From NCBI GenBank assembly GCA_938091905.1, contig CALKOM010000005.1, positions 1-33,919 of the forward strand: a stretch of DNA of 33,919 bases, read 5' to 3'. A program made the translations under genes and the position numbers. Position 1 is the first letter of the stretch. Each line of letters begins with the position of its first letter. Under the pieces are notes generated by a model, which saw only the letters and a list, made by a program, of their open reading frames with translations, did not search any database and was not told the origin of the DNA. The stretch comes from an uncultured Verrucomicrobiales bacterium. Its GTDB lineage: Bacteria > Verrucomicrobiota > Verrucomicrobiia > Verrucomicrobiales > DEV007. Shown here in pieces: positions 9,506 through 17,361 of the stretch.

Positions 9506-9726
9506 GGGCAATCCCGACGCCGCTGGCTCTGAAGCTTCCCCCTGAAAACACGGACACAGACCGGCAGGTCTGACAAAACCAGATACATTCGAAACCCAGG
9601 AGAACAAGATAAGACCTACACGAAGAAGTTCCTGGAAGAAGCCGTAGACCTGCCGAGAACCAGCGACAAGCCGCCCTCTGAGGTAGCCCAAAACACGAGC
9701 AGGCGCAAACCGGTCGGGAGTAACCC
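9506..9726 (+). ncRNA. Candidate structured non-coding RNA, ~220 nt (6S-like rod or an unknown cis-regulatory RNA)
   Basis: Nested helices: TCCCGAC 9512-9518 / GTCGGGA 9713-9719; CGCTGGCTCT 9521-9530 / AGAACCAGCG 9656-9665 (9 of 10); CGGCAGGTCT 9562-9571 / AGACCTGCCG 9646-9655 (10 of 10); CCAGGA 9596-9601 / TCCTGG 9630-9635. Linkers are A-rich. No credible CDS here. The family is not established. Confidence 0.5.
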
Positions 9727-9801
9727 AGCTCTATGCTGAGCATCCATCGTAGCTTCTTTATAACTCGTCTGCAGCATGCGCATCTGCTTGGATGCCAAGC
9801 C

Positions 9802-11469
9802 ATGAACGCTCTTCTGTCGTTGTTGCCGATTCTGGTCGTCGCTATCTTTCTGGTCGGTCTGAGGTGGCCGGCTAGCCGAGCCATGCCTCTCTCCTTTGCA
9901 ACAGTCGTGGTGTTAGCCTTGGGTTGGTGGAAGATTGCGCCGATGCAAGTGTTGGCGGCATCATTGAAAGGATTGGTGATTACGGGGACGTTGCTCTACA
10001 TCATCTTTGGAGCTATTCTCTTACTCAACACCTTGCGGGAAAGTGGGGGGTTGGCCGCCATTCGCAAGGGGTTCACGGACATCACTCCTGACAGGCGAGT
10101 CCAGGTGATCATCATCGCCTGGCTCTTTGGCGCCTTTATCGAAGGGTCAGCCGGATTTGGAACCCCGGCCGCCGTTGCCGTGCCCTTGTTAGTGGGCTTG
10201 GGGTTTCCCGCCATGGCGGCGGTAGTGGCTGGGATGCTCATTCAGAGCACGCCTGTCTCGTTCGGTGCCGTGGGCACGCCCATTCTGGTTGGGGTAAACA
10301 AAGGGTTGGATGGTTCGCCACAGGTGTTGGCCTTTGCCGAGCAACAAGGGTTGACCGATTGGCAGGCTCTTCTTCCTATCATTGGCGCGAAGGTCGCCAT
10401 TCTTCACGCAGTGGCGGGCACACTCATCCCGCTCTTCGTGGTAGCTTTCATGACACGCTACTTCGGGCCCAACCGAAGTTTCCGCGATGGACTGCGGATC
10501 TGGAAGTTCGCCTTGGCGGCGGCCTTTGCCATGACCGTGCCTTATGTAATCATCGCACATCTGCTAGGACCTGAGTTTCCATCCTTGTTAGGCTCGCTTG
10601 TTGGCCTGGCCATCATCGTGCCGATTGCGAAACGTGGGTGGTTGTTGCCAAAGGACGACGGCGCTTGGGATTTCGCACCTCAGGATCAATGGGAATCATC
10701 TTGGCAAGGTGCCGCTCCCACGGAGATCCAGGGTGAGGGTGCGCCGAAACTTAAGCTGTGGGTGGCGTGGTTCCCGTATCTGATGATTGCGATTCTCCTT
10801 GTAGCGTCGCGTCTCCCTGCACTCGGAATCGGTGACTTGCTAAAACGGGTCGCCATTGGAAGCGAGCAGTTTCTCGGCACGACGATCGGCGTGAATGTGC
10901 AACCTCTCTACCTGCCTGGCACTGTCTTTGTAACAGTGTGTTTAATCACTTATGTGCTGCATCGGATGACACCGCAGGCGTTTGGCCGTGCGTTTAAGCA
11001 ATCGACTAAGATGGTGGTGGCGGCATCAGTCGCGCTCGTTTTCACGGTGCCCATGGTTCAAGTCTTCATCAATTCTGGGGGTGGTAATGCTGGTTTAGCG
11101 TCCATGCCTGTGGTATTGGCGGAGGGCGTCGCTTCTTTGGTGGGTGGGGCTTGGCCATTGTTTGCCCCGCTGATTGGCGGCACGGGTGCGTTCGTCGCCG
11201 GAAGCAATACCATCAGCAACATGATGTTCTCTCTCTTCCAGTTCGAGGTGGGCACCCGCATTGGCGTGGATCCCAGTTTGGTAGTGGCTTTGCAAGCAGT
11301 TGGTGGCGCTGCTGGCAATGTCATTTGTGTTCACAATGTAGTGGCAGCATCTGCAGTCGTGGGGCTGGTCGGCCGAGAAGGTGATGTGATCCGCAAGACG
11401 GCTCTGGTGTTTCTTTACTACGTCGCCATCACGGGGATGTTGGGCTTCGTCATCACCCGATTGGCCTAA
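9802..11469 (+). CDS. lctP: L-lactate permease (LctP family)
   Basis: Multi-TM protein with [49 protein letters not shown] and [12 protein letters not shown]. Probable start ATG 9802. Confidence 0.92.
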   Translation: MNALLSLLPILVVAIFLVGLRWPASRAMPLSFATVVVLALGWWKIAPMQVLAASLKGLVITGTLLYIIFGAILLLNTLRESGGLAAIRKGFTDITPDRRVQVIIIAWLFGAFIEGSAGFGTPAAVAVPLLVGLGFPAMAAVVAGMLIQSTPVSFGAVGTPILVGVNKGLDGSPQVLAFAEQQGLTDWQALLPIIGAKVAILHAVAGTLIPLFVVAFMTRYFGPNRSFRDGLRIWKFALAAAFAMTVPYVIIAHLLGPEFPSLLGSLVGLAIIVPIAKRGWLLPKDDGAWDFAPQDQWESSWQGAAPTEIQGEGAPKLKLWVAWFPYLMIAILLVASRLPALGIGDLLKRVAIGSEQFLGTTIGVNVQPLYLPGTVFVTVCLITYVLHRMTPQAFGRAFKQSTKMVVAASVALVFTVPMVQVFINSGGGNAGLASMPVVLAEGVASLVGGAWPLFAPLIGGTGAFVAGSNTISNMMFSLFQFEVGTRIGVDPSLVVALQAVGGAAGNVICVHNVVAASAVVGLVGREGDVIRKTALVFLYYVAITGMLGFVITRLA

Positions 11470-11580
11470 CGATTCGATCAGCACTTCCAGAACTTAGCTC
11501 TGCTGAATTCTTAGTTTCGTACACGCAAACGTCACCTTTGTGATTTGCGCTTTGGAATGGCTGTAGGAGGCTTTCTCATC

Positions 11581-12036
11581 ATGACCGTCAAAGAACTGAA
11601 AGAAAAGCTGGCGCAGTCTCCAGACCAACCCGTGACCTTCCAGTTGCCCGAGGGAAGCTTGGTCCCCGCTCACTTTCACATCACAGAAGTGGGCTTTGGG
11701 AAGAAGACTTTTATCGATTGCGGCGGCGAAATTCGCGTGGAAGGCAAGTGTCTGATCCAAGTATGGGTGGCAAACGACACTGAACATCGTGTGGACAGTA
11801 GCCGCTTGGTGAAGATCCTTGACCACGGCAAACCGGTGCTCCCTTCAGAAAGTCTTCCGGTGGAGGTCGAGTACAACAATCCCAGCCTAACACACATGCT
11901 CTTGGAGCAAGTGGATGTTCGGGAAGCCGGGGTGTTCTTAATCCTCGCTCACAAACAGACCGATTGCTTAGCCAAGGATGTCTGTGGCATCACGGCAGAG
12001 AACGATTGTTGCACGCCGGGCTCAGGCTGCTGCTAG
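11581..12036 (+). CDS. DUF6428-like protein with Cys-rich C-terminus (putative metal/metalloid-binding)
   Basis: AGGAGG at 11565-11570 precedes ATG 11581. Motifs VPAHFHITEVG, FIDCGG, TDCLAKDVCG and terminal CCTPGSGCC. Confidence 0.75.
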   Translation: MTVKELKEKLAQSPDQPVTFQLPEGSLVPAHFHITEVGFGKKTFIDCGGEIRVEGKCLIQVWVANDTEHRVDSSRLVKILDHGKPVLPSESLPVEVEYNNPSLTHMLLEQVDVREAGVFLILAHKQTDCLAKDVCGITAENDCCTPGSGCC

Positions 12037-12080
12037 TAGGGACGGAATCAATGGGATAGAAGAATAGTCCCCTACTATTT
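12034..12080 (+). terminator. Inverted repeat at the end of the DUF6428 gene
   Basis: TAGTAGGG(AC) from 12034 pairs with (GTC)CCCTACTA ending at 12077, with a long loop and a short TTT tail. Confidence 0.35.
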
Positions 12081-12086
12081 ACCGCC

Positions 12087-12115
12087 ATTGGCGTCTATTC
12101 GCGTGCATTCGCGGT
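12087..12115. repeat. Short 10-bp-period triplet repeat (REP-like half element)
   Basis: ATTGGCGTCT-ATTCGCGTGC-ATTCGCGGT, ending about 20 nt before upp. Confidence 0.55.
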
Positions 12116-12134
12116 CCTGATTTCCTATTTTGGT

Positions 12135-12770
12135 ATGATGAGTTCGCCTCTTGTTTCCACAGTTGAGCATCCGCTCATTGCTCGCAGCCTCACCATCCTG
12201 CGTGATGCAACGACAGACTCGGCGACGTTTCGGTCTCATCTCCGATTGATCGCACGTCTCATGACGGCTGCAGCCACACAGAACGCGCCCACTCGCGGAA
12301 TCAAGGTCACCACACCACTGGAAGAAACAGATGGTTACGAACTGACCCACCCTATCGTGGTTGCGCCGATCCTGCGTGCCGGTCTCGGCATGGCCGAGGG
12401 CGTACTCGAAATGATCCCTGATGCCCAGGTCGCCCACCTGGGACTCTTTCGCGATGAGGAAACGTTAGAACCCAAGGTCTATTACCAGAGCTTTCCCAAC
12501 GATTTTACAAATAGCGAGATCCTTCTCATTGATCCCATGCTAGCGACCGGTGGGAGTAGCATCGCAGCCGCGTCCTTGCTAAAAGAACAAGGAGCCAAGT
12601 CCATTCGCTTTCTCAACCTCGTAAGCTGCCCGCCCGGAATCGAGGCGTTTCACAAGATCCATCCAGACATTCCTATCATCACTGCATCAATCGATGCTCG
12701 TCTGAACGAGCAAGCATACATTGTACCTGGTCTCGGGGACGCTGGGGACCGGTATTTTGGGACGGTGTAA
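12135..12770 (+). CDS. upp: Uracil phosphoribosyltransferase
   Basis: HPLI, PILRAGLGM, GLFRDEETL, IDPMLATGGS, YIVPGLGDAGDRYFGT. Confidence 0.97.
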   Translation: MMSSPLVSTVEHPLIARSLTILRDATTDSATFRSHLRLIARLMTAAATQNAPTRGIKVTTPLEETDGYELTHPIVVAPILRAGLGMAEGVLEMIPDAQVAHLGLFRDEETLEPKVYYQSFPNDFTNSEILLIDPMLATGGSSIAAASLLKEQGAKSIRFLNLVSCPPGIEAFHKIHPDIPIITASIDARLNEQAYIVPGLGDAGDRYFGTV

Positions 12771-12848
12771 CGAGCGACCGAGGGAACTCTGGTGAGTTCC
12801 GCAACCTACAAGCATTCGATTTCGTAGAATTCGACTATTCTGAGAATG

Positions 12849-13640
12849 CTAAGGCTTCGCTTCTTCCTGACGGCTCTTCAGCCACTGATCAAAGAAGCGC
12901 TCTTCCTGGACCCGTTCGTGATCTTCCATCAGATCTCGTGTGCGACGGCCTAGGCGAACATCCACCTCGAGCATGCGCGGCTTACCGCCCACATTACGTT
13001 GGAGCTTTAGGGTCACCTTCGTGCCTTTCTTTCGACCACCAATGTAGTCCTTGAACAGCTCAAGCGACGCTGACGTCCGAAAGCGACCAGCAACGGCACC
13101 CGGCTGTCTGGCACGGGGCACGCCATCAAACGTGAGTTCATCCACTTGGATGATCTGATCCCCCGAACGCACGCCAGCTCGAGCGGCGGCCGAGTCTTTG
13201 AGCACCTGACTCACCTGAATGCTAGAGATCATCTTCTTGTTTACCGTGATGGCACTGTTCAGCATGATGATCCCGAGAAAGCCGCTGTGTTCCATTTCAT
13301 CGACCACCGCATCGTAGATGACTTCGGCCAAACGATAGCGCACTTCCGCATCCACAGACTCCAAGTAACTCGGAGCCAAACCCTCCTTCACTTTGTTAGG
13401 AAATTGCCGCGCATACTTGGCCAGCGCGGCTTGCGATTTCTCGCGAATCTTAAAACTCTCGGAGGCGAGCCCACTCGCGATCTTCTGCAGATCCTCGGCC
13501 TTGGGCTCAGCCAGCTGGACTTCAGTGGACTTGACCGGCGGCTCACCACCCGCTGGCTGGGGTTGCACTTGGATCTGCTGCGCCAACACTGAAGTGAGCG
13601 AAACTAGGCCGATCAGAAGGTGCATCGCGGGACGTCTCAT
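12849..13640 (-). CDS. Exported PDZ-domain protein with short N-terminal HEAT-like helices
   Basis: Signal peptide (MHLLIGLVSLTSVLAQ; start 13640 or 13625). PDZ motifs GFLGI and VSQVLKDSAAARAGVRSGDQIIQVD. Confidence 0.75.
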   Translation of the reverse strand: MRRPAMHLLIGLVSLTSVLAQQIQVQPQPAGGEPPVKSTEVQLAEPKAEDLQKIASGLASESFKIREKSQAALAKYARQFPNKVKEGLAPSYLESVDAEVRYRLAEVIYDAVVDEMEHSGFLGIIMLNSAITVNKKMISSIQVSQVLKDSAAARAGVRSGDQIIQVDELTFDGVPRARQPGAVAGRFRTSASLELFKDYIGGRKKGTKVTLKLQRNVGGKPRMLEVDVRLGRRTRDLMEDHERVQEERFFDQWLKSRQEEAKP

Positions 13641-13681
13641 AGATAACAAACCTAACAACAATTGTGCTCAGCGCAACCGCC

Positions 13682-14800
13682 TCAACGCGCGGCTTTCTGT
13701 TTGCGAAATCTCCCTTTCGTCTTGCGGGCAAGAGCCTTGAGCATGCGCTCTTCTTCACGGTCGTCCTTGCCGGTGACGTAGTAAATGGTGTGGATTCTGG
13801 GCACTTGGGGCAAGTCTTCGGCAGACTTGTCGATCAATTCCGTCAGCTCCTTCGCCTCAATGACCTCAAACTTTCCCCGCCCCTGGCTGCGCGTGGCGTT
13901 GCCATCGGTGAGCATGAAGGCAACCTCGGCTCGCAGCTTGAGAAGGGCCTCCAGGGCATAGTCATGGCGTGTCCCCCCCGGCCTACCGCCTCGCGGCCCC
14001 GCCTTGTTGTAATCGACCCGGCTTTGAATGTGCTCTTTGGCCAAAGCTCGGTTTGCTTTCGTCGCAGGAACCAGACTTTCCTTCCACAGCCTCGCGCTTC
14101 CCGACCAATGGATGACCCCAAAGAGCGTATTCACACTGAGACTATCAATAAGCTGCGACGCTTCATCTCGAATCGTTTGGAAGGCTTGATCCTTACCCTT
14201 GCGCACAAGCTTGCTCGAGCTGTAATCAAGATCACCTGTCCTCCCAAACATTGATGCGGAGACGTCGATCATGATGACGACGCTACGGGCGTTGTCCTTG
14301 ATATTGAAGAAACTCATCCCACTGCCGGTCCCTTGACCTCCTGCCAAGCCTTTACCAAGCGCCGTTCCCAAACCGGGACTTCCAGAGAGACTGGCTAACT
14401 GATCCGAGATCAGCTCAGATGGATCCAAGGGAATCATTTGATCGACTGGAACTTCAGGCAACTCAGGCAACGCAAACTCTGTCGGCCGAATACTGACTAA
14501 CTTTTGATCAAAGACTGGCTTCGGCGTCATGGCCATGTGCTTTGCCATGTTCATTTTGTGTTCCCGCGTCTGCGCGGGGACGACAATTCGCTTCTCGACC
14601 GTAAACGTAGCTTCTGGTTCTTTGAAATACTCTGCGATCTTGAAGAGACCAAATAGCACCAAACCGATTGCGTGTACGGCAATGCTTCCCAGAACGATCG
14701 TCACGATGAGCCCGCGCTTGCGATTGCCATCACGAGGCTTGGGTTTCTTCGACTTGCGTTTCCGCATGGGAGTTAGGCGGTCTCGATTTGCTTCGATCAT
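13682..14800 (-). CDS. Membrane-anchored vWA domain protein with Pro/Gly-rich linker
   Basis: Basic N-terminus, one TM containing S-x3-H (GSIAVHAIG), then PELPEVP and a Gly-rich linker. MIDAS elements VVIMIDVSASM, GGT and FMLTDG. Confidence 0.8.
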   Translation of the reverse strand: MIEANRDRLTPMRKRKSKKPKPRDGNRKRGLIVTIVLGSIAVHAIGLVLFGLFKIAEYFKEPEATFTVEKRIVVPAQTREHKMNMAKHMAMTPKPVFDQKLVSIRPTEFALPELPEVPVDQMIPLDPSELISDQLASLSGSPGLGTALGKGLAGGQGTGSGMSFFNIKDNARSVVIMIDVSASMFGRTGDLDYSSSKLVRKGKDQAFQTIRDEASQLIDSLSVNTLFGVIHWSGSARLWKESLVPATKANRALAKEHIQSRVDYNKAGPRGGRPGGTRHDYALEALLKLRAEVAFMLTDGNATRSQGRGKFEVIEAKELTELIDKSAEDLPQVPRIHTIYYVTGKDDREEERMLKALARKTKGRFRKQKAAR

Positions 14801-15252
14801 AAGGCAGATTCGTTAGATTGATCAGCAAACGTGACACCGTTGATCCCGGCACGAGCACAGGCGCCGAGAACATCGACGATGCGTTGATGAAGGACGGCAT
14901 CGTTAGGATCTAAGGTGACCATCGCCTTGGACTTACTCAAATCGGCGGCACGTTTGAGCCGCGTGAGAATGCGCACTAATTCAGGAAGCTCGCTCGAGGT
15001 CGGGTCATCAATGGTCATGTCATTGAGTATGATCTGCCCATTAGCCTCGATTTTAATGCGTTGTTCATCAGGCAGATCAACAGCTTCCTCTTGGCTTATG
15101 CTCCCTGGCAACGTCATCTTGATATCGCTCTCTGGCTGAGTCGGTTTCGCCGTGACCATGAAGAATACCAGCAAGAGAAACGTCATATCTATCATAGGAC
15201 CCATCTGCATCTCAACGAGATCCATTCGGCGTTGGCGGCGGCGTATGCTCAT
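14797..15252 (-). CDS. exbD: Biopolymer transporter ExbD/TolR family
   Basis: MGPMIDMTFLLLVFFMVT TM with the conserved Asp. ATG 15252 overlaps the upstream stop (ATGA). Confidence 0.9.
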   Translation of the reverse strand: MSIRRRQRRMDLVEMQMGPMIDMTFLLLVFFMVTAKPTQPESDIKMTLPGSISQEEAVDLPDEQRIKIEANGQIILNDMTIDDPTSSELPELVRILTRLKRAADLSKSKAMVTLDPNDAVLHQRIVDVLGACARAGINGVTFADQSNESAL

Positions 15253-15662
15253 GACTCGGACCGATAACTCCCTATGATGATGTCTAACGCACCTGCTTCG
15301 GTGCACATGCGGAGCAGCTCTTTCAACTTGCGAGCCGGCGTCTTCTTATCGGCTCGGATGTAAACGCGCAAGGGTGGAAAGTCTTTGAACTGCCGCTTGA
15401 GGTGAAACATGACCTTCTCTTTCGATGCCAGATCGTTCTTAAGATAGTAGTCGCCCACATCGTCGATGTTGATGATATCGCGATTGCTCATGTCACGCGG
15501 CGTCTTCGCTGTCAGAGTCACCGGCAGATCAATATCGAGCTTCACCTCTTCCTTGGACATCTTGAAGGTGACCATGAAGAAGATGAGCAAGAGAAACGTC
15601 ATATCGATCATCGGCGTGATCTGAAAGGTCATCTGACCGTGCTGTCGCTTCCGCCGCCTCAT
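15249..15662 (-). CDS. exbD: Biopolymer transporter ExbD/TolR family
   Basis: ITPMIDMTFLLLIFFMVT, IDLP and VYIRADKK motifs. Confidence 0.92.
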   Translation of the reverse strand: MRRRKRQHGQMTFQITPMIDMTFLLLIFFMVTFKMSKEEVKLDIDLPVTLTAKTPRDMSNRDIINIDDVGDYYLKNDLASKEKVMFHLKRQFKDFPPLRVYIRADKKTPARKLKELLRMCTEAGALDIIIGSYRSES

Positions 15663-15667
15663 GGTAT

Positions 15668-16429
15668 TTAGTCTTCGGACTGCCCGGACAATTTAACTTC
15701 GCCACTCAGAACATCGATGAGGAAACTTGTCTGCTTTTGAATAGAACTGATGATCGCCGTAAGCCGATCCCGAAAGAAGAAGTAGAAGAACATCGATGGA
15801 ATACCTACTAACAAGCCTCCTGCTGTGGTCACCATGGCTTTGCGGATACCGCCAGCCAATTGAGAGGGTTCGGAATTGGCCTGCTCCAACTGCTGAAACG
15901 ACTCGATCATCCCCACCACCGTTCCCAGGAGACCGATCATGGGGGCCAAGGTGGCGAAGACGTTGAGGTAGTTGACCCAGAGCATGTAACGGGTCTCTTC
16001 CTGATCAAGTGCTTCACCAGCCGCCTCCATCATGGACTCCTTGTTCGCGCGATCTCGATCAAAGTTCACCTTTAGCAAAGCCGAGGACAGGACTTCCGAG
16101 TAGCTGCTCGGATTCGACTGACAGAGTTCGTAGGCATGCGTCACATCGCGTTTCTCCATGTACTTTGTCATGTTCTCTGCCAGCGCTACTGGGGCCATCT
16201 TCTTCGTATTAACCTGAGTGAAACAGTAAACGGCCACTGCTATGGTGCCGACCGAACAGAGAAGCAGCACGTGCATCATCCAGCCACCGTCTTGGTAGTA
16301 ATCTAGCAGTGAAACCGTACGCTCTGGCACGGGTTCCGCCACTTCTACATCCGCCTCTTGAGCAGAGACCTGAAGTAGAAAGCAGCCCAACAGGCAGAGA
16401 ATAAGGAGGAGGGAATGTCGTCGATTCAT
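15668..16429 (-). CDS. exbB: MotA/TolQ/ExbB proton channel family protein
   Basis: Signal peptide; GGWMM; ATLAPMIGLLGTVVGMIESF; LAGGIRKAMVTTAGGLLVGIP. Confidence 0.92.
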   Translation of the reverse strand: MNRRHSLLLILCLLGCFLLQVSAQEADVEVAEPVPERTVSLLDYYQDGGWMMHVLLLCSVGTIAVAVYCFTQVNTKKMAPVALAENMTKYMEKRDVTHAYELCQSNPSSYSEVLSSALLKVNFDRDRANKESMMEAAGEALDQEETRYMLWVNYLNVFATLAPMIGLLGTVVGMIESFQQLEQANSEPSQLAGGIRKAMVTTAGGLLVGIPSMFFYFFFRDRLTAIISSIQKQTSFLIDVLSGEVKLSGQSED

Positions 16430-17361
16430 GATTTCGGGGAAGCCTCATCGAGTAACTGCCTAGCAAGGCCGCTCTCATTGGAGTCAGGGTAAAGTTTCAG
16501 GAGATCCTCGGCAGTAGACTTGGCCTTGTCTGGCATCTTCCCGTGGAGATAAACCTCGCATACCTGCCAGAGCCCACTCGCAGCCGGTTCGCGAAGCGCA
16601 CCTTGGAAGAGGCTGCCATAGAGAAAGTGATCGATGGCTTCATGAAACAGGGCATGCCGTTGAGAGAAGATCTCGTCATCCTCCATCCACCGGGGGTGGG
16701 CTTCGACGAGTTCTTTCAGCGCGTCGAACGCCGCATAACCTAAAACCTGCCGAGCTTCCACCGTGACTTGGGGATCGGTCGTCTCCTCAAGCAATCGTGT
16801 TGCCGCCTTCTTGGCCTCTTCCGCTCGCCCCGTGAGGACAAGTGCTTTGAGTCGTCGTTGCTGAGCTCGACTACGCCTAACGTCATCCCAATCAGCTGAA
16901 ATGATCTTATCGAGCAAGAGCAGCGCTGCCCTGGCGTGGTCCTCGCCACTCGCAAGCCATTGCTCAGCTAACAAGATTCCATAACTACCAGCTGGACTAT
17001 TCGCCTCTGCCAAATAGCTCTCATGCCTCACCCAAAGACGACGAAGCTTCTCGACATCGGCTGATCTCTTTCCTTCAACAATGGCCAAGTTCTCCTCTGT
17101 TTGCTCAAAGTCGATGAAGGCAACGTCTTTACGAGGAAGCCGCTTGCAAGATTCGCCACGGCCCCTAGGGCCATCGATGATGACGTTAAACTCGACCCAT
17201 TCCTCGTTAGTCGAAAGGGTCTTTCCATCGAAGGAATCGCCAGAATGGAAATGAACGACGTCTTGGGCGTGGGCGCACGTTGCAATCAGTGCTAGCATAT
17301 AGAATACGATCCGACACCTACTGGAAGCCAGTACGACATTGCGCTTTGCCAGAGATCTCAT
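16426..17361 (-). CDS. Exported protein with N-terminal beta domain and C-terminal TPR-like repeats
   Basis: Signal-like segment ending AHA-QDVV; helical repeats; C-terminal LLKLYPDS typical of CpoB/YbgF-type TPRs. Overlaps both neighbours by 4 nt. Confidence 0.7.
   Translation of the reverse strand: MRSLAKRNVVLASSRCRIVFYMLALIATCAHAQDVVHFHSGDSFDGKTLSTNEEWVEFNVIIDGPRGRGESCKRLPRKDVAFIDFEQTEENLAIVEGKRSADVEKLRRLWVRHESYLAEANSPAGSYGILLAEQWLASGEDHARAALLLLDKIISADWDDVRRSRAQQRRLKALVLTGRAEEAKKAATRLLEETTDPQVTVEARQVLGYAAFDALKELVEAHPRWMEDDEIFSQRHALFHEAIDHFLYGSLFQGALREPAASGLWQVCEVYLHGKMPDKAKSTAEDLLKLYPDSNESGLARQLLDEASPKS

Noticed and set aside
9562..9655. GGAAG...AGCCGTAGACCTGCC resembles the cobalamin riboswitch B12 box
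   Set aside because: The AGGGAA, RCTG-CCCC and GCCACTG core elements are missing, and the downstream gene is not B12-related.
9426..9884. Several short ORFs across the DUF1501-lctP gap
   Set aside because: No recognisable motifs, atypical Cys/Arg-rich composition and mutual overlap; RNA structure explains the region better.
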